Origin: Candidatus Heimdallarchaeota archaeon
Lineage (GTDB): Archaea; Asgardarchaeota; Heimdallarchaeia; JABLTI01
DNA: 32,000 nt
Reading direction: 5' to 3'
Assembly (NCBI GenBank): GCA_030614005.1
Contig: JAUWKS010000008.1
Span: 43,380 to 75,379, forward strand
Made by a program: the position numbers and the translations under genes. The notes beneath the pieces were generated by a model. The model worked only from the letters and a program-made list of their open reading frames with translations. It was not told where the DNA came from and did no database searches. Positions 1 to 9,876 of the stretch are shown here, one piece after another (within the stretch, counting starts at the first letter, position 1; the number at the start of each line of letters is the position of its first letter).

Positions 1-2589
1 GATATCGTTTTCTATTTTATCTAATCTCTCTTTGATTTTTCGATTTTCGATTTGTAGCTCTTCTACAGTTTTTTCTATTGATTTTAATTCGCTTCTATCT
101 TTTGTTTTACTTAGGGTTCTTATTGCACATTTTGCTGCTCTTTTAAAATGGTGAAAATAAGACATTTTCTCGATCTGATTTAGTTGAGGAATTAGTGATG
201 CATCATCATAGCTATCAATCGCAGAAATAGTTGCTCGAATTACACGATGAGATTTATCATTTAGTAAAGTTTTTTCTAAAATTGCCTTAATCTCAGGGTG
301 CTCCTTTTTGCATAATTTACCTACTTTGGCAAGATGAACTATAACTTCACGTCTACAGTAATCACTTTTACCAACCTCAAAATACGGTAGTAGAATGTCA
401 ATTGCTTCTTTTTTCTCGGTTGCAGCAATTCCTGAAAGATATCCTCTTAGAACAATTTCAGTCCAACTAGTTTCTATCTTAGGCAGATGATCAACTAATA
501 TTTTCAAAGAATTCTCATGCTTAATTTTGCCAATAGATGTTGCTGCAGCAGCTTCAACAAAGTAAGAATCACTATTATTTAACATTTCAACTAATGAATT
601 CAAAGCATTTTTTTCTTGGTAGAAATTTCCTAATGCTGTTGCAACTTTTGTTCGTGCTCTACTATCTTGTATTTTCACAGCATTTAGAAGTCCAAATAAA
701 GCTAACTGCGTTTTTAGATTACCTAAAATAGTAGCTATTTCGGCTTGTACGCCCCAAAATTCCTCAGCTAAAATTGCTTTAGATAGGGCATCAACTGCTT
801 TGATAGTTGCTTTTTTACCTAAGGCTTTTGCTGCACGTATCTTCATTATTACATTTGATCCATTTTTTAACTGATGTATCCACATATCAATTGGTTTTTC
901 GATTTGTGCATCCATCAAAACGGCATAATCCGGATCAAGTTCAATCGCAGCAGGTTTGGACTCTACTGGCAAATAGAAGAAGTGAATCTTTTCGGTGATT
1001 TCATTAGAATGTCGTTTTTTATTTCCATTTTGATCTAAAATCTGAATGGTAAATGGAAATCGGAATACTTCGGGTGTTCCTTCAACATCTTGTGTTTGTT
1101 CGATTTTTACAATAACTTGCTTATCTTCACTATTGTATGAGCATTTTATTTTTACTTCAGGATAACCAGCTTTGTATAACCATTGGTCAAAAAACCAATC
1201 ATAATTATTGCCCGTGATTACCTCAAAAGCTCTTTGAAAATCAACTGTTTCAATTGAAGTATAGGCATGCTGGGTTAAGATATAGCTTAACACTTCCCAC
1301 CAAATCTTTTCTCCAACAAGATGCTTAAGCATATAATATCTCCAAGCTGCTCCGGGATATAAATGAGCATCAAAAACATCCATCCCATACATCCATTTAG
1401 TTTGAACAATAGGTCTTCTATACAGATTCTTATCTTCGTTGAAATAGGATTCTTGTTTCCCGAATTGTTCATAGAGATATTCATCTTCCCCCAAATCGAA
1501 TTTTTTCCATTCATTTTGTAATTGAGTTGCTCCACCTTCATTGATCCAACCGTGAGACCATGATTTACAAGTGATTAAATCACCGATCCATTGATGAACT
1601 AATTCATGTGCAACAAGACCTTCAAAAGTAATATCTTTGTGAGCTTTTTCATCATGCATAATAACATCAGTCATTGTAGTAACGCTTGTGTTTTCCATAC
1701 CTCCAATAATAAAGTTAGAAACACATACTTGACCGTATTTTTTCCATGGATATTTTACTCCTAATTTTTCTTCTAAGAAGGCGATCATTTTTGGTGTTTT
1801 ACCAAAGGTTCGATATACTGTTTCTTTATCGTGTTTTTTCTCAGCATAATAATAAACATCTAAATCACCTGACTTTTCTTTATAGATTTCATATTTGGCA
1901 ATGGCTAAAGTGATTAAGTATGCAGGAACAGGTTTTTCTTGTTTCCAATGGAATGTTTCTGTTTTATTTTTGTTCTTCTTTTGCGAAAGCAATTCTCCAT
2001 TTGAGATGGCATAAAATCCTTCGGGTACTGTAACAATCATTTCAACGGGGAATTTATAGCTTGGATGATCATAAATAGGAATGAGATATCTTGCATAATC
2101 ATCTTGAAAATGAGTCCAAAATTGTTCACCCACTTTTGGGAAGTAACTATTGGGTTTGATAAAATAACCGGCAACTTGAGGTTGATTGACCTTGTAATTA
2201 AACATAAGAGTTACTTTTCCCCCCTCACAGATTTCTTCATTTAAAGTAATGAAAAGTGTATGTTTCTCATGATCATGTTCAAAAAATAATTTGTTTTTGT
2301 TCTGATCCTTTATTTCTAATATTTCGAGCTCTGCCGCATGTAATTTTACAACCTTAAGATTTGATATTTTTGAGATTATTGATAGTTCATTTTTAGCTGT
2401 TATAGTTGATTTTTCAAATTCCACTTTCCAGGTCATTTTTAAATTCTCTATCAAGAAATGTCTTGGTGGTTGCCACTGATTTTTTGCTTCTGGGAATGTA
2501 AAAGCAGATCTCTCCATAGCAAACGTTTGTTCTGCTTCAGCGAATTGTCCTTTCAATAATGTCTCGAGATAATCATGAAAATCTGTCAT
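1..2589 (-). CDS. M1-family zinc aminopeptidase (aminopeptidase N-like) with C-terminal HEAT-like repeats; 3' end runs off the window
   Basis: Hand translation of the minus strand from ATG at 2589 (MTDFHDYLE...) stays open to base 1 (...KERLDKIENDI). It contains GGMEN (~1690-1704), HELVH-x18-E (HELVH at 1594-1608) and helical repeats such as IRAAKALGK and VATALGNF. Not in the ORF track because the stop lies outside the window. Confidence 0.93.
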   Translation of the reverse strand, partial: MTDFHDYLETLLKGQFAEAEQTFAMERSAFTFPEAKNQWQPPRHFLIENLKMTWKVEFEKSTITAKNELSIISKISNLKVVKLHAAELEILEIKDQNKNKLFFEHDHEKHTLFITLNEEICEGGKVTLMFNYKVNQPQVAGYFIKPNSYFPKVGEQFWTHFQDDYARYLIPIYDHPSYKFPVEMIVTVPEGFYAISNGELLSQKKNKNKTETFHWKQEKPVPAYLITLAIAKYEIYKEKSGDLDVYYYAEKKHDKETVYRTFGKTPKMIAFLEEKLGVKYPWKKYGQVCVSNFIIGGMENTSVTTMTDVIMHDEKAHKDITFEGLVAHELVHQWIGDLITCKSWSHGWINEGGATQLQNEWKKFDLGEDEYLYEQFGKQESYFNEDKNLYRRPIVQTKWMYGMDVFDAHLYPGAAWRYYMLKHLVGEKIWWEVLSYILTQHAYTSIETVDFQRAFEVITGNNYDWFFDQWLYKAGYPEVKIKCSYNSEDKQVIVKIEQTQDVEGTPEVFRFPFTIQILDQNGNKKRHSNEITEKIHFFYLPVESKPAAIELDPDYAVLMDAQIEKPIDMWIHQLKNGSNVIMKIRAAKALGKKATIKAVDALSKAILAEEFWGVQAEIATILGNLKTQLALFGLLNAVKIQDSRARTKVATALGNFYQEKNALNSLVEMLNNSDSYFVEAAAATSIGKIKHENSLKILVDHLPKIETSWTEIVLRGYLSGIAATEKKEAIDILLPYFEVGKSDYCRREVIVHLAKVGKLCKKEHPEIKAILEKTLLNDKSHRVIRATISAIDSYDDASLIPQLNQIEKMSYFHHFKRAAKCAIRTLSKTKDRSELKSIEKTVEELQIENRKIKERLDKIENDI

Positions 2590-2698
2590 AATGGGGGTTC
2601 CTTTAATTTTATAACTTGTTTCATTTGGATTTATATCAAGTATAATACACTTTCAACTAAAATAGTTTAGCTTGAAGAAATAATAATTTATTTGAATC

Positions 2699-3793
2699 TT
2701 AAATTAATTTTAGCAAATTCACTCTTCGTTTGATAGCTCTTAAAAGCATCCAAACACCGATATTTTTCGGTGGTTTAGATATCTCTGATGATTTTCTAGG
2801 TACTAATGACAGCGCTTCTTCTGGGCAGACCATAGCACAGACTCCACAACCGACACACCTTTCACTAACAGTAGATATGCCATCAATTATTTCTAAAGCA
2901 TTAAATTGACATCTATCAATACAAAGTCCACAACCAGTACACAATTCATCTTCGATTTGCAAAACGTAATCAGATTTAACAAAAGCATTTGGTTGATCAT
3001 ATTTAATCAATGTACTAAGTATCCCACAACAACAAGTACAACAATTGCAGATATAGTCATGCCCTTCTCGAACATTCATTGTAGAGTGAATTAATCCTGC
3101 TTCTTCTGCTGTTTTTAAAACTTGAAGAGCTTCTTCTTGAGAGATTGCTTTTGTTCTATGACTTTCCTCGTAACTATTTTCTTTAGAGGAGAACAACAAA
3201 CATACACTCTTAGGGTAAGAGCATGGATTACCGATTAATTCTTGTTGAATTCGGCAGATGCAGTCTCTAACGCCCCAACTTTTAGCACCCATAATTAGTT
3301 TTTCAGCTTCATTTCTAGAATGAATGACCAATTCAGTTTTTATCACACTTTTTACAGGAATTATTTTTTGTATTGGAGGACTTTCGGTGAAAAGAATGTC
3401 TCCTCGACTTTTTACAAAATATTCTTCCATTAAAGAAGCAAATTCAGGATTTATACGGTGTATTTGATTTTCATATATTCCTACAGCAAATGGCAACAAG
3501 CCATATTTTTTCCCTCTTCTAGAACTCCTTATGTAAATTTGCCCCTTACTCTTCATCACTTTCATTTTTTCTTCTAATATTTCAATCGGAATTTTCATAC
3601 GGCGAGACATACGTTTTAAACGTTCAGCAATGAGTTTCATATTGCTAGCTATTTCGGCTTCTTCAGGAGTAAAAATCCATGCAAGAAGACGTAAGTGAGT
3701 CCCATCTGCAATAGGAGCAAATCCATTTGGTATTCTATTCAGAGTTTTTGCTAATTTCTCGTAAGATGAAAAATTTTTACTGATTGAAGTCAA
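2699..3793 (-). CDS. 4Fe-4S binding protein: N-terminal HTH-like region, Cys-rich core, C-terminal 2x[4Fe-4S] ferredoxin domain
   Basis: CTGCGLCIDRC and CVGCGVCAMVCP ferredoxin motifs; additional CICR..C..C and CNCCTCCCG motifs; TTG start preceded by GAGGA. Confidence 0.85.
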   Translation of the reverse strand: MTSISKNFSSYEKLAKTLNRIPNGFAPIADGTHLRLLAWIFTPEEAEIASNMKLIAERLKRMSRRMKIPIEILEEKMKVMKSKGQIYIRSSRRGKKYGLLPFAVGIYENQIHRINPEFASLMEEYFVKSRGDILFTESPPIQKIIPVKSVIKTELVIHSRNEAEKLIMGAKSWGVRDCICRIQQELIGNPCSYPKSVCLLFSSKENSYEESHRTKAISQEEALQVLKTAEEAGLIHSTMNVREGHDYICNCCTCCCGILSTLIKYDQPNAFVKSDYVLQIEDELCTGCGLCIDRCQFNALEIIDGISTVSERCVGCGVCAMVCPEEALSLVPRKSSEISKPPKNIGVWMLLRAIKRRVNLLKLI

Positions 3794-4014
3794 AAGTGCA
3801 TCCTCTAGTATTCACTTGTTGGATTTGATAAGATATAAATCGCGTTATTTAAAAAATCAATCGAGTTTACTCAAAGTTAAGCAACGAAATAGTCAAATTG
3901 ATGTAGAAAAATATACTATAAAATCTAAAAAGATCTTTCTATTTTCAACTTGTTTGTCCTAAAGTTAATTAAGGAAAAGTAGAAATTAATATAAAACTAA
4001 CATTACGAGCTGTT

Positions 4015-5367
4015 ATGATGACCTTAGAAAAAGTATACAAATTAATTGAAGAGAGAAAAGATTTAGCAATAAAAAATTTGGCAGAATTTATCGCCATTCC
4101 TTCCGTTTCTGCAAAAGAGGAATTCTTAGTTGAAGCAGCAGAATTTTCTGAAAAGCTTCTAAAAAACAACGGTTTCAAAACAAAAATTCACGATACCGGT
4201 GGAGGACCTGTTGTAACGGGCATTATTGATGTCGGTGCAAAAAGAACATTGATGTTCTACGACCATGCTGATGTTCAACCTGCAGAACCATTTGAGTTGT
4301 GGGATTCACCTCCTTTTGAATTAGCTATTAGAGAGGGACGAATGTTTGGTAGAGGTGTAGCAGATAATAAAGATGAGATAGTAGGAAGAGTACATGCAAT
4401 TAAAGCTTGGTTGGATGCAGGTTTAGAACTTCCATGTAACATTAAATTCGTCATAGAAACAGAAGAAGAAAGTAGCAGTAAAAACTTGGAAAATTACGTT
4501 AAAAAAGACCTTGACTTCTTTAAGAATGTTGATGGTTGTATATGGGAATTTGGTGGAAGCAACAGAGAAGGATTGCAGGAATTCATTTTAGGAGTGAAAG
4601 GAATCCTCTATGTCCAATTGTCTGTAAAACAAATGAATATCGATTCTCATTCTGCAAATGCTACTCATTTACCAAATGCTGGTGAGAGGCTTCTACAAGC
4701 GGCTAATCTGCTAAAAGATAAAGATGGGAAAATACTCATACCAAAATTCTATGATGGAATAGAAGAAATTACTAAAGAAGAAATGGAAGTAATCAAAAAT
4801 TACAAATTCTATCCAGAAGAAGTCAAAGAGCATTTCGGACTAGAAGAATTCCGATATGGTATGAATAACGATGAAGCAAAGGTTGCCTACTTTACTGTAC
4901 CTACTTGTAATTTATGTGGTTTCACTGCTGGTTGGCAGGGTCAAGGTGGAAAAACAGTCATTCCAAAGGAAGCTTCTTGCAAAATCGATTTCAGATTAGT
5001 GAAAGGGCAAGATCCTAAAGTGATTCTCAAGAATATGATGAAATATTTTGAAAACAACGGTTTCAGTGATATCAAAGTTGACTGGTCAAATGGTTATCCT
5101 CCTTCGAAAACATATGTAAATGCTGATTTTGTTAATCTTTGTAAAAGAGCTAACAAGCGTGTCTACAATCATGAAGCATCTATACAATCAACATCAGGTG
5201 GTTCGGGACCAATGTATCTATTTGGTGACTATATGCCTGTTGTTTCATTAGGTTCTGGAAATGCTAATAGCAATGCTCATGCACCAAATGAGAATATCTA
5301 TGTTGATGACTTTATCGACGGTATGAAAATGATTGTGAATGTTTTAGATGAATTCAGAAATTGGTAG
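4015..5367 (+). CDS. M20/M25/M40-family metallohydrolase (dipeptidase/ArgE-DapE-like)
   Basis: YDHADVQP, GRGVADNK, ETEEE and C-terminal AHAPNE metal-ligand motifs; 450 aa. Confidence 0.92.
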   Translation: MMTLEKVYKLIEERKDLAIKNLAEFIAIPSVSAKEEFLVEAAEFSEKLLKNNGFKTKIHDTGGGPVVTGIIDVGAKRTLMFYDHADVQPAEPFELWDSPPFELAIREGRMFGRGVADNKDEIVGRVHAIKAWLDAGLELPCNIKFVIETEEESSSKNLENYVKKDLDFFKNVDGCIWEFGGSNREGLQEFILGVKGILYVQLSVKQMNIDSHSANATHLPNAGERLLQAANLLKDKDGKILIPKFYDGIEEITKEEMEVIKNYKFYPEEVKEHFGLEEFRYGMNNDEAKVAYFTVPTCNLCGFTAGWQGQGGKTVIPKEASCKIDFRLVKGQDPKVILKNMMKYFENNGFSDIKVDWSNGYPPSKTYVNADFVNLCKRANKRVYNHEASIQSTSGGSGPMYLFGDYMPVVSLGSGNANSNAHAPNENIYVDDFIDGMKMIVNVLDEFRNW

Positions 5368-5451
5368 TTCGTTGAATAAACTACCATCTCATTCATTTTT
5401 AAAATACTATTTGAATATTCTAAAAAGAAAAAGAACTCGAATATTCGGAAT

Positions 5452-5799
5452 TTATTTTTCTAAAAGAGGAATAACACAGATAAATTTCAAAATTTCAGAA
5501 CCAACGGTTTCATAGCCATGAGGTTCATTAGGAGGCATATAAATTACATCATTAGCTTTCACATGTGTTTTAGTTCCATCTTCAGCGATTAAATGACATT
5601 CTCCTTGCAAGATGAATATTTCATGTTCTTCTGGATGATTATGCATTCCAATATTCGCACCTGGTTCTAGAGTAAACAACCGCATCGCAAAACGAGGAGC
5701 TCCTTGCTCTTTGCTAATTAGCCATTGTATGGATGTTTTTGTTGAGCCGTAGCTTGTTACTGCTTCTTTCTTCACAGAATCACTGTTTATTACTAACAT
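5452..5799 (-). CDS. Cupin domain protein
   Basis: HNHPEEHEIFILQG and PPNEPHG cupin metal-binding motifs; 115 aa; GGTGG upstream of ATG. Confidence 0.9.
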   Translation of the reverse strand: MLVINSDSVKKEAVTSYGSTKTSIQWLISKEQGAPRFAMRLFTLEPGANIGMHNHPEEHEIFILQGECHLIAEDGTKTHVKANDVIYMPPNEPHGYETVGSEILKFICVIPLLEK

Positions 5800-5986
5800 C
5801 AGTTTCCACCTATTCTTGATTAATTGATTGTTTGTTTTATTTTCTTGGTCTCTTTTTAATTTAGTGGAAAATTAGAATATAAAATAGGCTTGAAAAAAAT
5901 AATAAACAAAAAAAGAAGTCTCCGAATATCAGAAAATTATTTTTCATAATTGGATTGCTTGTATGAGTTGGTACTGTTAGCATAAA

Positions 5987-6412
5987 TTAGTTCTTTCCAT
6001 CTTTTTTCCTTAAATAATTTTGTAGTAATTTTACCACTTTGCTATGACCATTCTTGTAAGCAGCTTGAATTGCTGATTGTGTGTAATCATCATACATAGT
6101 AGATATCTCAATTTCAATAGTGGGATCAGCATCATACTCAAGAAGCAATTTCACAACATCTACAAATCTATCATTTGCAGCAAAATACAGCGCAGTTCCC
6201 TCAACAGTAGTTCTGATGTTTACATCTGCACCTTTCTCTAAAAGATATGAAATAATCTCTAGATGCCCTTTGCTTGCAGCAATATGTAAAGCGGTTCCAT
6301 CTCATTGGCTTGCTTTGTTGACCTTCGCACCGAGTTCAAATGCTTTCTTAATCCCAGCAAGATCATCATTTATTGCTGCTTCAAAAAGTAATTCATTAGC
6401 TTTTTTCGACAG
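5987..6412 (-). pseudogene. Ankyrin-repeat protein gene interrupted by an in-frame TGA (pseudogene or readthrough candidate)
   Basis: Hand translation: (CTG)SKKANELLFEAAINDDLAGIKKAFELGAKVNKASQ*DGTALHIAASKGHLEIISYLLEKGADVNIRTTVEGTALYFAANDRFVDVVKLLLEYDADP...AIQAAYKNGHSKVVKLLQNYLRKKDGKN-TAA. TGA at 6302-6304; no in-frame ATG at the 5' end. Missing from the ORF track. Confidence 0.85.
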
Positions 6413-6526
6413 ATGTATTCGATTAAATTATTAATTAATAATATATCTAAACGTGACATCTATTATTTTTTCTAAAAATAGAAGTGAAATAATAAAAAAA
6501 GAAAAAGAAGAAATCTAGGAACTAAC

Positions 6527-8677
6527 CTAGAATAAACCTCTTAACCAAGCTTCTAATAATGCTAGCAAACCATCTCCACCGTTTACTAATAACATTAAAC
6601 CAATGAATATAGTTGATGTAAGTGTCATTACAACTAGCAATGTATTGATGCTTGGACCTGCGGTGTCTTTAAATGGATCTCCAACGGTATCGCCAGTGAT
6701 TGCGGCTCTATGAGTTGGGGTATCTTTTCCACCTAAATTGCCATCCTCTATCCATTTTTTCGCATTGTCCCAGGCACCACCGGCATTGGACATGAAAATT
6801 GCGAATACAAAACCAGAGAGAATTGCTCCAACAATGAATGCACCTAAAGCTGCTACTCCAAATATTATACCAACTAGTAAGGGCATAGAAACGGAAAGAA
6901 TACTTGGAAGAATAAGTTCTTTTAGTGCTCCTTTAGTAGCAATGTTAATGGTTTTGTGGAAATCGGGTGGTTCTGTTCCTTCTAAGATTTTAGGATTGGA
7001 TTCAAACTGATTTCGTATTTCTTCGACCATTACTGTCGCATTTTTCTGTACAGATAATATCAAAAGTGCTGAGAAAAGAACTGGTGCAACAACACCTAGG
7101 AATGCTCCAATTAACACATAAATATTCAGAAGATCCATTCCAGTTCCACCTTCGATTGCAGCAATAATTCCTGCTTCTGTAGCAAATGAGAACAATAATG
7201 CAAAAACAGCTAAATTGGCTGCGCCTATTGCAAATCCTTTGGTAATTGCTTTAGCGGTATTTCCTGCAGAATCTAACTTATCAGCAGTGCGTATTACATC
7301 TTCTCCAAGTCCACCTTGTTCAGCAATTGCCCGAGCATTATCAACAATAGGTCCATATGCATCATTGGATACAACAGTTCCAACTATAGCTAACATTCCT
7401 ACTGCCGCCATTGCTACACCGTAAACACCACCTAACCAATAAGATAGAACCATTGCGACTGAAATTCCAATAGCGGGTGGAACAACACTTAGTAGACCAT
7501 AAGAAAATCCTGAGAGAATGACTACTGCATCACCTTCTTGAGCTGCGCGGGAAATATTCTTCGTGGGTGCTTTATCAGCTCGAGTAAAGAAATCACTTGT
7601 CCAACCAATAACTATGCCACTTAATAGACCAATAATTACTGCAAAATAATTTTTCCACATTATCCAGCTTTCAGCTCGGGTTATACCTTCTGTTGTTGCG
7701 GTTAAAATCCAAACAAATAATGCTCCAAGTAACGCGAAAATTGCAGTGGCAATATAAGTCCCGAGATTCAATAATTTGCCTGGGTCTTTTGTTTTTAACC
7801 ATTTTATTAATATTATTCCGATTAAGGAAGCGAATAATCCTACACTTGATAGAAGAATTGGAAATATTGCAAATGCTCCTTGTACTGCATCTGAAAGAGA
7901 TGCGAAAATAACATTTGATAACAACATAGCTGCTAATATGGACGCAACAAAAGAGTCGAACAGGTCACTTCCCATTCCAGCAATATCTCCTACATTGTCT
8001 CCGACATTGTCAGCGATTGTTGCGGGATTGCGGACATCATCTTCTGGCAAATGGTATTCTGCTTTACCAACTAAATCAGCACCAACATCAGCTGTCTTAG
8101 TAAAAATTCCACCACCACATTTCATAAATAACGCAATGGTACTTGCACCAAAACTAAAACCTAAAATTACTACTGGTGTTTGGAAAATCCAATAAATAGT
8201 TGAAACACCAATGAGAGCAGACCCAACAACTGCTAAGCCCATAACAGACCCACCAAAGAATGCAACATCAAATCCTTTGTCTAAACTCTTTGTGCATCCT
8301 TGAGCTGCTCGAGTGTTTGCTTTAACACCGATAATCATACCTAAGTACCCAGCAAACATAGAAGCTGCTGAACCTACTAGATAAGCAATAGCTTGTTCCC
8401 AATTTGCCTCTAATTCGATAATTGGTATTTTTCCTTCAGTCAATTCAGACGGTAGGAATAGTAATATTACTACGAATAACACACCAACAAAAATGGATAA
8501 TATTTTGTATTGTGTTTTGATAAATGTCTTCGCTCCTTCTTCGATGTACCCTGAAACCTCAATCATTTTTTCGTTTCCAGGATCCTCTTTCAAAACGAGT
8601 ATACTAAAGATTATAGCTGCAGCGATAGATATTACACCTGCGATCAGAGCCACAATCAGTATAATTGGCACAACCAT
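6527..8677 (-). CDS. hppA: Membrane-bound ion-translocating pyrophosphatase, probably K+-independent H+-PPase
   Basis: TKTADVGADLVGK, DNVGDNVGD, DSAGNTAKAITKG and GDTVGDPFKD signatures; many transmembrane segments; 716 aa. Confidence 0.96.
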   Translation of the reverse strand: MVVPIILIVALIAGVISIAAAIIFSILVLKEDPGNEKMIEVSGYIEEGAKTFIKTQYKILSIFVGVLFVVILLFLPSELTEGKIPIIELEANWEQAIAYLVGSAASMFAGYLGMIIGVKANTRAAQGCTKSLDKGFDVAFFGGSVMGLAVVGSALIGVSTIYWIFQTPVVILGFSFGASTIALFMKCGGGIFTKTADVGADLVGKAEYHLPEDDVRNPATIADNVGDNVGDIAGMGSDLFDSFVASILAAMLLSNVIFASLSDAVQGAFAIFPILLSSVGLFASLIGIILIKWLKTKDPGKLLNLGTYIATAIFALLGALFVWILTATTEGITRAESWIMWKNYFAVIIGLLSGIVIGWTSDFFTRADKAPTKNISRAAQEGDAVVILSGFSYGLLSVVPPAIGISVAMVLSYWLGGVYGVAMAAVGMLAIVGTVVSNDAYGPIVDNARAIAEQGGLGEDVIRTADKLDSAGNTAKAITKGFAIGAANLAVFALLFSFATEAGIIAAIEGGTGMDLLNIYVLIGAFLGVVAPVLFSALLILSVQKNATVMVEEIRNQFESNPKILEGTEPPDFHKTINIATKGALKELILPSILSVSMPLLVGIIFGVAALGAFIVGAILSGFVFAIFMSNAGGAWDNAKKWIEDGNLGGKDTPTHRAAITGDTVGDPFKDTAGPSINTLLVVMTLTSTIFIGLMLLVNGGDGLLALLEAWLRGLF

Positions 8678-8895
8678 GATAACTCACGTATTTTTTTTAT
8701 TCCTCTCAGATATTAAAACGGATAATATTTAAAATTTGTTCAAGACTTGTTGTTTAAATTGTCTAAATTGTGACTTTATTTTGTTCTTCTCTCTTTTAAT
8801 CTGGTTTAAGCTTAGAAATCCCTGCAGAAAATTATTTCTTAAATCAAATTACCAGTTATTTTACAAATTATTGGTTATTCATTAAAGCAAACTTT

Positions 8896-9780
8896 TTGAA
8901 GAATGAGACTAATATTGCTTGGGAACATAATAAAGTGGGGAACTTAACATTGCTTAATAAGAAAAATCTAACTGAAGATTTCCTTCAATTTACTAATGAT
9001 TTACCACATACAATATTCGAGATTGCTTTTAATATTAAAACTGATTTAGTAAAAATTAATTTTTTAAATAATGCTGGTAAACTTTTCATAAAAAAAATCT
9101 TTGAAGAATCCGTATTTGAAGAAGGTTTTAAACTACAAGAATTATTTGTTATTCAAGAACACTCAAGGGATTTTGCTAAATTTAGGAAAGACTTTCAATC
9201 AACTGGTGAAATTGTAATTTCTAACCGTGAATACTTGTTGGACACATTAGATGGAAAACAAATACTAATACAATGTTCTTTTACAGCAAAAAAAGATAAG
9301 GGAAACATTATCATCCGTGGTCTACTTAACGAAAAATCTAAAATAATTAAAAAAGAAATACCAAAATCGAAGGCTGATCATTACAAAACTATTGAAGACG
9401 AAGTAGAAAATTTGAAGGATTTTTTCACCGCTTTTGATGCATTAATTATGATTTTAAATGAAGAAGGAAGAATATTATTTATTTCACCAAATGTTGGTGA
9501 TGACATTCTCTACTGTCCCAGAGAAGATGCAATTGGTAAAATATTAACTGAAATTTTCCCAAAAGGACAGGCAGAATTCTTCACACAGCAAATTAATGAA
9601 GTTTTTAGTAAAGGGGAAGCAAATAATTTTGAGTACCATTTACCTGTTAATAATAGACTTCTCTGGTTTCAGTGCAGAATTATTCCTATCGAAGTTAAAG
9701 ATGGTAAATTTACTCAAATAGTTGCAATAATTAGGGATATAACTAAGTGGCGAGTAGAACCTATTATTAATGATAACTAA
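8896..9780 (+). CDS. PAS-domain sensor protein with no output domain
   Basis: C-terminal PAS (LIMILNEEGRILFISP...IGKILTEIFP...WFQCRIIPI...IVAIIRDIT); probable degenerate N-terminal PAS; ends shortly after RDIT. Confidence 0.8.
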   Translation: MKNETNIAWEHNKVGNLTLLNKKNLTEDFLQFTNDLPHTIFEIAFNIKTDLVKINFLNNAGKLFIKKIFEESVFEEGFKLQELFVIQEHSRDFAKFRKDFQSTGEIVISNREYLLDTLDGKQILIQCSFTAKKDKGNIIIRGLLNEKSKIIKKEIPKSKADHYKTIEDEVENLKDFFTAFDALIMILNEEGRILFISPNVGDDILYCPREDAIGKILTEIFPKGQAEFFTQQINEVFSKGEANNFEYHLPVNNRLLWFQCRIIPIEVKDGKFTQIVAIIRDITKWRVEPIINDN

Positions 9781-9876
9781 ATTTATTAGAAATCAGTTTT
9801 TTTATTGTTACACAATAAACCAAAAGTGTTATTATTTAATAAAGCAATATCACAATTCGTTTTAGGATGAATCTCT

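Noticed and set aside
537-1541. Short track ORFs 537-731, 807-998 and 1287-1541
   Set aside because: All lie inside the aminopeptidase gene on the opposite strand or in another frame and have no recognisable motifs.
5413-5447. Two GAATATTC palindromes between the M20 and cupin genes
   Set aside because: Short and AT-rich; plausible by chance and no regular spacing or further copies forming an array.
5928-5948. ATGA...TGAT on the minus strand downstream of the TGA-containing ankyrin gene, as a possible SECIS core
   Set aside because: Only about 5 A-U pairs lie between the motifs, far shorter than a SECIS upper helix, and the TGA is not at a Cys-equivalent position.
6120-6434. Track ORF on the plus strand (104 aa)
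   Set aside because: Antisense shadow of the ankyrin gene, which has the recognisable repeats.
9801-9819. Inverted repeat TTTATTGT-TAC-ACAATAAA between the PAS and TPR-longin genes
   Set aside because: Almost all A/T in an AT-rich spacer; cannot be told from chance or a terminator without conservation data.
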